A stretch of 64,000 nt of DNA from Acidobacteriota bacterium (GCA_963666055.2 CAXWPH010000015.1:768001-832000), one strand, 5' to 3'; positions 1 through 9,531 are shown, counted from the stretch's first letter. Numbers and translations: made by a program. The notes: generated from the letters alone by a model not told the origin.

Positions 1-156
1 TTCTCGACGGTCGGGCCTATGGGTAACTACGCCGCCTTCCCGACGGCCACCAAGGTGGTTCTGTTCCTGAACATGTGGATCGGGCGCCTCGAGGTCATCA
101 CTGTACTGGTGCTGCTGCAGCCAGCGGTCTGGCGGCGCCTACGCTCGGCGAGCTAG
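1..156 (+). CDS. trkH: TrkH-family K+ uptake protein, C-terminal end (runs off window)
   Basis: Frame 1 reads FSTVGPMGNYAAFPTATKVVLFLNMWIGRLEVITVLVLL..., the TrkH C-terminal M-x-x-GRLE motif; TAG at 154-156. Confidence 0.8.
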   Translation, partial: FSTVGPMGNYAAFPTATKVVLFLNMWIGRLEVITVLVLLQPAVWRRLRSAS

Positions 157-161
157 TCGGC

Positions 162-1286
162 TCACCCTGAAGGGAGTCGCCCGGCGCGCAGGAGCGCCGA
201 GTGGATCAAGCGCTCGATGAGCGCCGCAAACGACACTCCCGCCGCCGCTGCACCCTGAGGTAGGAGGCTAGTCTCCGTCAGCCCGGGAATAGTGTTGAGC
301 TCGAGCATCATCGGGCCCGCCGCCGACAGGATGAAGTCGCTACGCGACATTCCCTCGCAACCCAGCGCCTCGTGCGCCATCACTGCGAGCTCCTGTACGC
401 GCGCCGTCGTCTGGTCATCGACCTCCGCAGGCGTAATCTCACGGCAGGCGTCGGTAGTGTACTTGGCACGGAAATCGAAGAACTGTCCGTCCCGCGGTCG
501 GATCTCGGTAAGCGGAAGTGGTTGAGTCGGCTCCCGCCCGCCTCCCAGAACGCCACAGGTCACCTCCACCCCTTCGAGATAGCTCTCGATCAAGACAGGC
601 TCACCGCCGACGGAGCCGGCACTCAACGCCTCTGCCAGCTCGGCAGGGTCGCGGGCTATGTAGACGCCGACCGAGGAACCCGAGGCCACCGGCTTTACGA
701 CACACGGCAGCCCGATTTGATCGATGGCGACGTGCAGCGCCGCTGGTTCGCCCTGCTCGTGCCGCACCAATATATCGTCGGGTACAGGAACCCCGAGGCC
801 GCGGAGATGTCGCTTCGTACGTGCCTTGTCCATCGCCAGTGCCGACGCCAACACGCCGGAGCCGGTGTACGGAACATCTGCCAGGCTGAGCATCCCCTGC
901 ACGGTGCCGTCCTCTCCACCTGGCCCATGGAGGGCGACGAAAACAACGTCGATGTCAGGCGCGCGCAGACGCTCGAAGGCGCCTCCGGTCGGTGGCGGCA
1001 CCCCGCACGACGACCCTGTTGGGGCGGCAGTAGGCGGCGGGTTTCCGGGCGCACGAGCCAGGACCGGCGTGGCGGGGCGATGATCGAAGTGCCATTCGCC
1101 GCCACGATCTATGTAGATGGGACGCCCGTCAAAGCGGTCAGGATCGAGCGCATCCAGGACATTCAAGCCGCTGCAGACGGACACGTAATGCTCGGCGCTC
1201 TCGCCGCCGAGCAAGACGGCTACGGAGATTCGTGTGCCCACCCCCACGGCCGGAGGGTACCATGACGTCTCCGATCGCCCGATCAA
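162..1286 (-). CDS. ddl: D-alanine--D-alanine ligase
   Basis: GGESAEH, LHGPGGEDGTVQG, MDKARTK, GSSVGV, ELNTIPGLT motifs; true start probably ~40 nt further in. Confidence 0.93.
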   Translation of the reverse strand: MIGRSETSWYPPAVGVGTRISVAVLLGGESAEHYVSVCSGLNVLDALDPDRFDGRPIYIDRGGEWHFDHRPATPVLARAPGNPPPTAAPTGSSCGVPPPTGGAFERLRAPDIDVVFVALHGPGGEDGTVQGMLSLADVPYTGSGVLASALAMDKARTKRHLRGLGVPVPDDILVRHEQGEPAALHVAIDQIGLPCVVKPVASGSSVGVYIARDPAELAEALSAGSVGGEPVLIESYLEGVEVTCGVLGGGREPTQPLPLTEIRPRDGQFFDFRAKYTTDACREITPAEVDDQTTARVQELAVMAHEALGCEGMSRSDFILSAAGPMMLELNTIPGLTETSLLPQGAAAAGVSFAALIERLIHSALLRAGRLPSG

Positions 1287-1307
1287 CAGTGCTCGCAGGA
1301 GTGATCA

Positions 1308-1625
1308 ATGAGTCCCGACAGTATCTTCGACAAGCTGGCGAGCCGTGTCTCGCAGCGGCCCGAGCTGGTGGACGAAGTAGCCGCCGTTTATCAGTTCGAC
1401 GTGGGCGGCGAACAGGGAGGCTCCTGGGTCGTCGACCTCAAGAACGCTCCCGGTAGCATCCGCGCCGGCGCCGACGCCGACGCCGATTGCGTGATCACCG
1501 TGAATCAGGACGACCTGGCCGGCATCATGGACGGGAGCGTCAACCCGCAGACCGCGTTCTTGATGGGGCGCATCAAGATCGCCGGCAACTTCATGCTGGC
1601 GACGAAGCTCGGCGCTCTCGTCTGA
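1308..1625 (+). CDS. SCP2 sterol/lipid-binding domain protein
   Basis: YQFDVGGEQGGSW...ADCVIT...NPQTAFLMGRIKIAGNFMLATKL; AGGAG RBS. Confidence 0.88.
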   Translation: MSPDSIFDKLASRVSQRPELVDEVAAVYQFDVGGEQGGSWVVDLKNAPGSIRAGADADADCVITVNQDDLAGIMDGSVNPQTAFLMGRIKIAGNFMLATKLGALV

Positions 1626-1656
1626 CCGACCGCGGACCCTGTTGCACAAGCAGCGC

Positions 1657-2121
1657 TCAGCTCGCAGCTTCCTTGTTCTCGGCCTCTTGGATCAACGAAG
1701 CAATCGACTTCCGACCGAAGGCCGACGAGATCGAATCATCGGACTGCTCGGAGCCTTCGTCATTACGAATGGTCGCGGCTAGCCCGTTCACGGCCTCGTC
1801 ATCGCCGTCCACACGGAACGGCGTGGAGCTCGTCGTGATGAGTTCGACCGGCTCAGGCTCGGCCGCTACCGGCTCGGGCGTCGAGGGAACGGGATCGGGC
1901 ACGATGGCAACAAACTCGGGCCGCGGCGGTCGCGGCACCTCTGCCACCGGCGCCACCTCTTCCTTCCGCTGGCCGTTCTTACGGAACGCATCGAGCTCCT
2001 CGACCGCGGCACGCAAGAACGGCAGTACGATGTCCGCCTCATGCTGGGCGACAACGGCGGCCGCGTAACGGCTTTCCCAGCCTTCGATGGCCTGCTGGAG
2101 TTGCTCCATTCCTTCGCTCAT
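1657..2121 (-). CDS. Hypothetical protein (helical N-terminus, Pro/Glu-rich linker)
   Basis: Open ORF with GAGGAG RBS before ATG 2121 and AT-rich upstream region; no family recognised. Confidence 0.55.
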   Translation of the reverse strand: MSEGMEQLQQAIEGWESRYAAAVVAQHEADIVLPFLRAAVEELDAFRKNGQRKEEVAPVAEVPRPPRPEFVAIVPDPVPSTPEPVAAEPEPVELITTSSTPFRVDGDDEAVNGLAATIRNDEGSEQSDDSISSAFGRKSIASLIQEAENKEAAS

Positions 2122-2223
2122 TTTTCGGTCTCCTCTGCAAGGCACTGATTAGGTGGCCTTTGAGTTACCTGTAATATCCATAAACAAGTACCGCACTGTT
2201 AACAATGTCTACAAGCCTTAACA

Positions 2224-2246
2224 GTTAATATTAGATATTATTAGTT
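2224..2246 (-). promoter_or_regulatory. AT-rich motif AACTAATAATATCTAATATTAAC shared with pilin-gene upstream regions
   Basis: 19/23 identity to 29939-29961; CTAAT direct repeat with 10-bp period. Confidence 0.45.
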
Positions 2247-2462
2247 CTTATTGATTACTTTTGATACCCAGAGCTATCCAGAGACCGGAGCAGGATCGGC
2301 CTGCATAAGATGCGCCCGGTACGCCGCGAACCCGGCAATACGGGTGCGTCAGGCCTCTGGGGATGGTGCGCACCGCGGCCAACGCTCGGAGCTACATGCG
2401 TGCCTGCTCGCCAGCACCGGGCGACACGGCGAAGTTGTTGCGGCACCAGATACACCGCGCCA

Positions 2463-2561
2463 CTACCGCCGCGCCAGCGCCTCGAACGCTCTCCCGACAA
2501 CATCGATGGCGACCGCCATGTCGACGCTGTCGCGAATCTCCTGTTCCGTCAACAAGAGCAC
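2463..2561 (-). pseudogene. N-terminal relic of ornithine cyclodeaminase/EutC-like gene
   Basis: VLLLTEQEIRDSVDMAVAIDVVGRAFEALARR* directly after the EutB-like gene, matching eutB-eutC order. Confidence 0.55.
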
Positions 2562-2564
2562 CGG

Positions 2565-3530
2565 CTACTCGTCATTGGTCAGCACGGCGGCGAAAAGCGC
2601 CGCGTCGATGTTGCCTCCCGACACCACGAGCGCGGTCGTTCCATCGGGCACCAGCCGGCCAGAAAGGATCGCCGCGAGAGCGACAGACCCACCGCCCTCG
2701 ACCACCAGTCGGTGACGCCAAAAAGCAAAGCGCATGGCGCTGGCGATCCCCTCCTCACTCACCTCGACATAATCGTCAACCAACTCGCTGACCAATCGCA
2801 GCGTGTGATGGTTCTCGGGGCCCAGGTTACCCGACAGGGAGATGGCAAGCGTTTCTTGTTCCGGCAATCTCACCAGCTTGCCGGCCTCGACGCTGCGCGC
2901 CAGTACCGCCGATCGTTCCGCGGACACGCCGGTCACCCGGATGCCCGGGTCGATGCTCTTCAGACCGACGGCAACGCCGGCGATCAGGCCGCCACCCCCC
3001 ATCGGCATGACGACGTGCTTCACGCTGGGCAGCTGCTCGAGGATCTCGCGACCGATCGTCGCCTGTCCGGCGATGACCTCGACCTGATCGAAGGGGTGCA
3101 CATAGGTAAGGCCGCGCTCGCGGGCCAGCCGCAGCGAGACGGCCTCGGCGATCTCCGCCGTCTCGCCCTCGACGATGGCCTCCGCGCCGAACTCGCGAAT
3201 CGCACTCAACTTCGCCGGGTCAACCCATTCGGGAACACAGATCGTCGCAGCCAGCCCCTCGCGCTTGGCGACATACGACGTCGCGAGACCATGGTTGCCA
3301 CTCGAGGTGGTGATGATGCCGCGTCGGCGCTGATCCTCGTCGAGGCCGAGGATTCGATTGGTGGCACCGCGAAGCTTGAACGATCCGGTGACCTGCAGGC
3401 ACTCTAGCTTGAGCCAGATCGGGCACCCGGTTAGATCCGTCAGCCAAGTTGAAGGCAACAGCGGGGTTGTTATGGTCACGCCCGCGATCCGCGCCCGCGC
3501 ACCCTCGACATCGTAGTCACTGAGTCTCAT
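2565..3530 (-). CDS. PLP-dependent threonine/serine dehydratase, EutB-like
   Basis: KLECLQVTGSFKLRGA, SSGNHG, HPFD, MGGGGL, VSGGN; TLAISLSGNLGPEN resembles EutB. Confidence 0.88.
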   Translation of the reverse strand: MRLSDYDVEGARARIAGVTITTPLLPSTWLTDLTGCPIWLKLECLQVTGSFKLRGATNRILGLDEDQRRRGIITTSSGNHGLATSYVAKREGLAATICVPEWVDPAKLSAIREFGAEAIVEGETAEIAEAVSLRLARERGLTYVHPFDQVEVIAGQATIGREILEQLPSVKHVVMPMGGGGLIAGVAVGLKSIDPGIRVTGVSAERSAVLARSVEAGKLVRLPEQETLAISLSGNLGPENHHTLRLVSELVDDYVEVSEEGIASAMRFAFWRHRLVVEGGGSVALAAILSGRLVPDGTTALVVSGGNIDAALFAAVLTNDE

Positions 3531-3954
3531 GGCTGCAGACTATAGCCGGGTCGTAAATGCGCTGCGCCCCTTACGACGCGCCACCTCGGGTAGCGGCAGC
3601 GCCTTGAGTGCATGGGAAGCCAGGCTTCCCCCGCTACTTCTCCCGGTGCTCCACCCGCCCACCTCAGCAGGCTCCAAAAGCACCGCTAGCTGTCGCTCGT
3701 GGATCTCTTGTTGCCGCCCGCGAGAAACCCTTATACGATCCGCCGCGGCGGCCAGCCGCTACGCACGCCATCCACTAGCTAGCAGCTGAGGATCGAAAAA
3801 GGAGAGGGTCTTGCGCCTGTCCACCATCCTCGCACTGGCGTCAATGGCGACACCTATCGCCCTCACCACCCAACAACACTCGCCACTCAACATTGGGCCT
3901 CCCCCGATTTCCCGGACACCTTTGGAAGCCCGATAATGGGCTCGGAGGTGAAGA

Positions 3955-4250
3955 ATGGGGTCACGGCGGCGGTACAGTCGCGAGTTCAAGATTGAGGCTG
4001 TGAGGATGGTGACGCAGCTGGGCCATCCGGTGTCTGAGGTGGCGCGGGATCTGGGCGTTGGCCGCGGCATGTTGACCAAGTGGCGCAAACAACTCCAGGA
4101 GCAGGGGGTCACCGCGTTTCCGGGAGTGGGGAAGATGCCCGACCAGGACCTGGACGGGCAACAGCTACGGCGGGACCCTGCGGGCGAGTACGGCAGGAGC
4201 GCGACATTCTAAAAAAAGCGTTGGCGATCTTCTCGGAACGCCCGCGATGA
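3955..4250 (+). CDS. IS3 transposase OrfA (apparent homopolymer frameshift near 4175-4185)
   Basis: RRRYSREFKIEAVRMV...VARDLGV; continues ERDILKKALAIFS in another frame. Confidence 0.8.
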
Positions 4251-5240
4251 AAGTACCCGATCATCAAGCAACTGTCCGGCAAGTTCCCGGTGCGGCGGTT
4301 GTGCAAGATGCTCGAGGTGTCTCACGGCGGTTACTACGAGTGGCGAGGAAGGGGGCCGAGCCCGAGAGCGCGAGAAGATCGCCGTCTACGTGTGCAGATC
4401 AGAGCTGCATTCCGAGAGAGCCGCGACCGTTACGGAAGTCCGCGCATCCACAAGCAACTTCGGCAACGAGGGATCCGCTGCTCTCGCAAGCGGGTAGCTC
4501 GGCTGATGCGCCAGGAAGGACTTCGAGCTCGCCAACCCCGTCGGTTCCGGGTGACAACACGGCCCACACCTGGGCGGTCAGCGGCGCCCAACGTGCTGGC
4601 ACGGCGCTTCACGGTGGATGCCGTGGACAGCGTCTGGGTGGGCGACCTGACATACCTGTGGACGCAGGAAGGATGGGCTATACCTGGCCGTGCTGATGGA
4701 TCTGTGCTCGCGACGGATCATCGGCTGGGCGGTGAGCGAGACGATGACGGACGATTTGACGCTGGCGGTCCTGGATCAGGCCTTGGAGCAACGCCGTCCC
4801 GGTTCCGGAGTGCTCCATCACAGCGACCGCGGCAGCCAGTACAGCAGCGACGATTACCTAGACAAGCTGCGTGACCGTGGCTTCACCATCAGCATGAGCA
4901 GGAAAGGAGACTGCTGGGATAACGCGCCGATGGAGAGTTTCTTCTCTACCCTGAAGTTCGAACTCGGTGGCTGCTTCAGTTCCCGGGCGGCGGCCCGAGC
5001 CGAGTTGTTCCACTACATCGAAGTGTTCTACAACCGGGCTCGCATGCACACCTCGATCGGAGACCAGAGTCCGGCTCAGTTGGAGGCGGCAATGCGGCGG
5101 CCAGGCCAGAGCGGCCAATCAGCTGTGGAAGCTGACGCGCCCGTGGAAATCGATTCCCGATTTCCACCGTCGCTTGGACAACGCTCCGCGTTGCCAACAG
5201 CTCCCACAGCCGCTACTACGACTACGACAATGGATCTTAA
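4247..5240 (+). CDS. IS3 transposase OrfB (integrase core; frameshifts near 4250 and 4677)
   Basis: YGSPRI, WVGDLTYL, HHSDRGSQY, DCWDNAPMESFFSTLK, FYNRARMH. Confidence 0.85.
5122..5210. repeat. Three-way-junction inverted-repeat element at IS3 distal end
   Basis: GCTGTGGAAGCTG/CAGCTCCCACAGC encloses GTGGAAATCG/CGATTTCCAC and TTGGACAACGC/GCGTTGCCAA. Confidence 0.75.
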
Positions 5241-5253
5241 ATTAGGGGATGCG

Positions 5254-5681
5254 ATGAACGATGAGACCGTTGGTGGTGTGCACTGGAGTTTCTGGGCAAT
5301 CAGCGCTATCGCGCTGATCTGGAATGTTATGGGGGCGTAATAAATTTCCTCGTGCAAATGAATCCAGATGTACTCACTGCATATCGCGAGTCCGAGCGCG
5401 CGATAGTTGCAGGCCGACCCGCATGGGCCACCGGAGGTTTTGCGATAGCCGTCTTCGGCGGTGCGCTTGGCTGCCTTCTGCTTCTGCTCAAGAAGTCGGC
5501 TGCGTACTATTTGTTTATCGCGTCGCTACTTGGCGTGATTGTGACAATGATCCATACCCTTGGCCTCGATATCGACTTCCGTCTCGGTGAGATCTTGGGA
5601 ATTATTCTGATGCCGCTGGTGGTGGCGGTGTTCTTGATCTGGTATTCGAAGCAAGCCGAGAGCAAGGCTTGGATCAGTTGA
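5254..5681 (+). CDS. Small multi-TM membrane protein (frameshift in G-run near 5331)
   Basis: MNDETVGGVHWSFWAISAIALIWNVMG joined to INFLVQMNPD...RPAWATGGFAIAVFGG. Confidence 0.7.
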
Positions 5682-5682
5682 T

Positions 5683-5805
5683 TCCTACTCGCCAAACAAC
5701 CACGTGCATGTCTTTCGGCTCGAGTCGTTGGATGAAATTGGCGGCCTCTTTGAGCGCCGGATCCGTGAGGCGTATCAAGTGGGCGAGCAGCGACACCTCA
5801 GTTAA
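5683..5805 (+). pseudogene. C-terminal relic of DUF5655-like cassette gene
   Basis: SYSPNNHVHVFRLESLDEIGGLFERRIREAYQVGEQRHLS* with no start, just before attC. Confidence 0.55.
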
Positions 5806-5818
5806 TGTGGGCGGCGCG

Positions 5819-5902
5819 GCCTAACAACCGGATGGAGCTGACGGGAACAAGTCGGCGCTCCGCGCCTCCTTTGTTCCCGCAGTTCATCCTTGTCCGTTAG
5901 GC
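5819..5902 (+). repeat. attC site 1
   Basis: GCCTAAC...GTTAGGC; arms GGATGgAGCTGaCGGGAACAA / TTGTTCCCGCAGTTCATCC with two extrahelical bases. Confidence 0.92.
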
Positions 5903-5994
5903 AGCCACATCCTTGCGTCCTTTTCGAATGTGGATCGTCTCCTACGGTGAAGACCTCGCATTGGGGCGAGGTCCATACCCAAAGGAGACGAACC

Positions 5995-6621
5995 ATGCAG
6001 ATCGACAATCAGGCATCCAAGCAGAGAACGAACTCGACGCCTCTGGTGATAGACATAGAGCTACTTGCGCTCGATCTGACCAGTTGCACCCGTTGTGTGG
6101 GAACACTGGACAACATCGGGAGGGCGATCGAGACTATCCGCCCTGTACTGGAAGTGACGGGGGCTCAAGTGAACGTGAGAAAGCTTGCCATAGAATCGGA
6201 AGAGCAGGCACGCCAGTACCAGTTCGTCACCTCTCCAACCGTTCGGATCAACGGCAGAGACATTGCCTTCGAGACGCTGGAGAGCGAGTGCGAGTCCTGC
6301 ACCGACCTGTGTGGCTGCGACGAAGGAACAAGCTGCCGCGTTTGGCCCTACCGGGAAGAGGAGTACACGGAGGCGCCGGTGGGGCTTGTCGTAGAATCAA
6401 TACTACGTGAGATCTTCGGTAGCAGCAGCGAGTCCGTTGGTGACGCTCTTGCGTACCGCGGAGTGCCGGAAAACCTCCGACGCTTCTTCAGGAGCAAGTC
6501 AGCTGCGCGACCCGCTGCACAGTCCTGCTGCCCACCGGCCGAACAGGAGACCTGCTGCGAGTCGGGTCAGGAGGCTGCGTGTTGCGATGCCTCAGAACCT
6601 GAAACGTGTGGTTGCCACTGA
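5995..6621 (+). CDS. DUF2703-like thioredoxin-fold protein with Cys-rich tail
   Basis: LDLTSCTRC, FVTSPTVRINGRD, CESCTDLCG, CRVW; tail CC...CC...CC...CGCH. Confidence 0.75.
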   Translation: MQIDNQASKQRTNSTPLVIDIELLALDLTSCTRCVGTLDNIGRAIETIRPVLEVTGAQVNVRKLAIESEEQARQYQFVTSPTVRINGRDIAFETLESECESCTDLCGCDEGTSCRVWPYREEEYTEAPVGLVVESILREIFGSSSESVGDALAYRGVPENLRRFFRSKSAARPAAQSCCPPAEQETCCESGQEAACCDASEPETCGCH

Positions 6622-6625
6622 ACCG

Positions 6626-7208
6626 ATGCAAGTGCGTCACGGCACCATAGAGGCCACGGCCTGGCAGGCGCATAGGGACGAACTGTACCGCTTCGTCCGG
6701 AAGCGCGTGCGCGACGAAGCAGCGGCCGAGGATATCGTCCACGATGTCCTGATCAAGGCCTACGTCCGGCAGGAGACGCTCAAAGAGCCCTCAAACTTGC
6801 GACCATGGTTGTACCAGATCACTCGCAACGCGATCATTGACTATTACCGATTGCAGAAGCCCTCGCAGGCGGTTCCAGACGAGCTCATTTATGAGGACCC
6901 GGGGGAAGAGGATAATCGCGCCGAGCGAGAGTTGGCGCGTTGCCTCGTGCCTCTGCTCGACCAGCTTCCCGAGCCTTATCGCTACGCGCTGAGGCTCGCG
7001 GAGTTCGAGGGTGCCAAGCAGCGGGAAGTTGCATCGAGGCTGGGACTCTCGCTATCTGGAGCGAAGGTCTCGGGTGCAGCGTGCTCGCAAGATGCTGCGC
7101 GGAGTCCTTTTGAAGTGCTGTCAGGTTGAGCTGGATCGTCGTGGCGGCGTTGTGGACTATGAGGCAAGTGAAGGATGCGATGGCTGTCGAGGACCAAGCG
7201 GCACGTAG
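6626..7208 (+). CDS. sigZ: ECF RNA polymerase sigma factor, SigZ-like (frameshift near 7068)
   Basis: AEDIVHDVLIK, WLYQITRNAIIDYYR, LSLSGAK joined to SRVQRARKML...CCQVELDRRGGVVDY. Confidence 0.75.
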
Positions 7209-7222
7209 GGGAAGGTATGGCT

Positions 7223-7284
7223 GCCTAACACCGGCATGCAGCTGACGGCGCTTCGCGCCGCCGCTGATGCCGAAACCGTTAGGT
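7223..7284 (+). repeat. attC site 2
   Basis: GCCTAAC...CGGCATgCAGCTGaCGGCGC ttc GCGCCGCCGCTGATGCCG...GTTAGGT. Confidence 0.93.
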
Positions 7285-7429
7285 GGAATCGCGGATCGGT
7301 CCTGCAGGTAGGCGTCGAGGGTCGTGAACTTGACGCTACGTGACCTGAGTTCGAGCGGCACGTGATCTAGTAAATCGGCGCTCAGGTAGGGCAGAGCGTG
7401 GATCGGCCCCGGAATAGAGGAGGAGAGGC

Positions 7430-8035
7430 GTGCGAAAAGAGATCGTCCTGCTTGTGGCCATGTTCGTCGCGACCAGCCAGTCAGCGGTGACCGGACAGGA
7501 GGCGGGAGCAGACACTCCGGTAGAGGTACGAAACAAGCAGATCGCGCGGGCCTTCTATCAGGACCTCTGGTTCAGCCGGAACACCGATCGCTATGCGAAC
7601 TACGTCGCCGAAACGTACGTGGTGCACGATGTCGGAGACCGAAAAGGGGTGACGGAGCCGGCTGTTGAGCAAAAGAACATTGCCGACTTTTTCTGGCAAA
7701 ATGGAGAGCTTTCTGGCCAGATCGACTTCCAGATCGCGGAAGGTGACCTGGTCGCAACCCGTTGGCGGGCGCGACTGGAGCCCAGCACCTTCTTGGGGCG
7801 CTTCCTCATGGGCGAGGGGGATCTACCCATCATCAACGTGTTTCGCATTAGGGACGGCAAGATCGTCGAAATCTGGAATCATCGCCACGACATCGACACC
7901 GGGCAGAATATCCGGTTCAAGGCGCAGGGGTTCGGGTTTGGCTTTCTCTTCGCCCTGATCCCGATCGGGTATGTGATTGTGCTCCGTCGTCGCCTGAAGA
8001 TAGCCACGGAGGAGCCCCGCTCCGGTACACCTTAG
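7430..8035 (+). CDS. SnoaL-like/ester cyclase protein with signal peptide and C-terminal TM
   Basis: NKQIARAF, QIAEGDLVATRW, INVFRIRDGKIVEIWNHRHD. Confidence 0.8.
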   Translation: MRKEIVLLVAMFVATSQSAVTGQEAGADTPVEVRNKQIARAFYQDLWFSRNTDRYANYVAETYVVHDVGDRKGVTEPAVEQKNIADFFWQNGELSGQIDFQIAEGDLVATRWRARLEPSTFLGRFLMGEGDLPIINVFRIRDGKIVEIWNHRHDIDTGQNIRFKAQGFGFGFLFALIPIGYVIVLRRRLKIATEEPRSGTP

Positions 8036-8147
8036 GCGCGCCCCTGCACTCCAAGAGGCGGTGCGTCCGGTACGCTTGAGCACATTGGGCATCGGGGTTG
8101 GAGCATCAAGCATGCGTGTCACGGTGCGCGCAGGGGACATCGTTTCC

Positions 8148-8238
8148 ACCTAACAAGCGTTAGCAGCTGACGCGGCATACCTTTCGGGTAGTTGCCACGG
8201 CCACAGTGGCGCGCAGCTGAAACACAAATCCGTTAGGA
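8148..8238 (+). repeat. attC site 3
   Basis: ACCTAAC...CAGCTGaCGCG...CGCGCAGCTG...GTTAGGA. Confidence 0.88.
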
Positions 8239-8250
8239 GGATGGAAGAAC

Positions 8251-9423
8251 TTGTTGCCACGGTGCACAGGTTTACGCGTGAAGAGCGGCGTGTTGGAGGT
8301 AGCATTCCCCACCGTAGCGCTCTTGCTCGTGGCCTGCGGGCCCGGGGCTAGCCACGCGGAGCAGGTCGCATCTGCACGTCCCGTTGCCGATGAACTCTCG
8401 GCCGTAGTTGATTCTCTAGTCTTCGCTGAGGCTCTGGATCGATCCGTGCCAGGCGTTGCCGTGACACTCGTCGCAGACGGCGAGGTGCTGCTGAGCCGCG
8501 GGTACGGAACGGCTGACCTTGCCACGGGTCGGGCCGCGTCGGCATCGACTCCGTTCAACATCGCGTCGATCACGAAGCCGTTCACCGCTGCGGTCGTCCT
8601 GAAGTTGGCGGCGGAAGGTGCTGTGGACCTCGATGGACCGGCCGCTGACTACTTGGATCTGCCCGCGATCTATCAAACTCTGACTCTTCGAGATCTCCTT
8701 ACACACACCTCGGGCATCGCACGGGATCTCCGCACCGGCAACAACGACGATCCCAGCGCGTCGGAGTACAGAGACCGACTCTTCAACTCTCAACCGAGCT
8801 TCGCGCCGGGCACCCGCTTCGAATACAGCAACACCGGCTACACAGTCCTTGGGTGGCTCATCGAAAGCGTCGAGGGTCAGCCTCTAGACGCTGTGTTCAG
8901 ACAGCGCCTGTTTTCTCCGCTCGGGATGGACGAAGCAAGGTATCGTGCCCACCTAGAGGACGATCCAAACCGCGCGCGACCTCACGTCATAGTGGGCGAC
9001 ACCGTTAGTGGGGAGCTCTTCGTGTCCGGTGGCTTCGGATCCGGCGGCCTCTCCCTGTCGGCGGATGACTTCGGCGCCTTCGCTCTTGCCCTGCAGCGCG
9101 GTGACTTCCTTGCCCCGAGTCAGCTACTGGATTCTTGGACACCGGCGACGCTCTCTGATGGGAGTCCGGTATCCGTCCGAATCAATGCCGATACCGACAG
9201 CTACGGCTTCGGGTGGTTCCTCAGTGAGCTGGATGGCAGGCGTCTGGTGACCCACGGCGGAGGAATCACTGGGTTCTCGGCCAATCTGTATCACTTCCCC
9301 GACGAACGGGTCACCGTTGCTGTCCTGGCCAACATCAAGGCGCGCGACGATGGCGCAGCCCCCGTTGACGCTCTGGCTCGGCGCATCACCGAAGCGTACT
9401 TCTCGTTGGTGTCCACCTCCTAA
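8251..9423 (+). CDS. Serine hydrolase, beta-lactamase class C/PBP-like, probable lipoprotein
   Basis: SITK, LLTHTSG, YSN, HGG motifs; LVAC lipobox; stop TAA lies in the attC R'' core. Confidence 0.88.
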   Translation: MLPRCTGLRVKSGVLEVAFPTVALLLVACGPGASHAEQVASARPVADELSAVVDSLVFAEALDRSVPGVAVTLVADGEVLLSRGYGTADLATGRAASASTPFNIASITKPFTAAVVLKLAAEGAVDLDGPAADYLDLPAIYQTLTLRDLLTHTSGIARDLRTGNNDDPSASEYRDRLFNSQPSFAPGTRFEYSNTGYTVLGWLIESVEGQPLDAVFRQRLFSPLGMDEARYRAHLEDDPNRARPHVIVGDTVSGELFVSGGFGSGGLSLSADDFGAFALALQRGDFLAPSQLLDSWTPATLSDGSPVSVRINADTDSYGFGWFLSELDGRRLVTHGGGITGFSANLYHFPDERVTVAVLANIKARDDGAAPVDALARRITEAYFSLVSTS

Positions 9424-9531
9424 CAAGGTGTTGCTGCAGTCGGATCGCGTTTTCAAAGGAGTCCAGCTACGCTACGCTGCGCCGGACCTGATTCGTTTTG
9501 CGCCCGCAGCAGAACAACGGATCCGTTAGGC
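9418..9531 (+). repeat. attC site 4
   Basis: TCCTAAC...TGTTgCTGC...GCAGAACA...GTTAGGC. Confidence 0.85.

Larger units (their letters stand above)
3894..5240 (+). mobile_element. IS3-family insertion sequence, right end missing
   Basis: Left IR TGGGCCTCCCCCGATTTCCCGGACACC at 3894; orfA HTH; A7G slippery site 4211-4218; orfB DDE; no complementary right IR found. Confidence 0.9.

Noticed and set aside
3531-3893. Possible intI or attI remnant upstream of the IS3
   Set aside because: No recognisable integrase peptide or attI structure by eye
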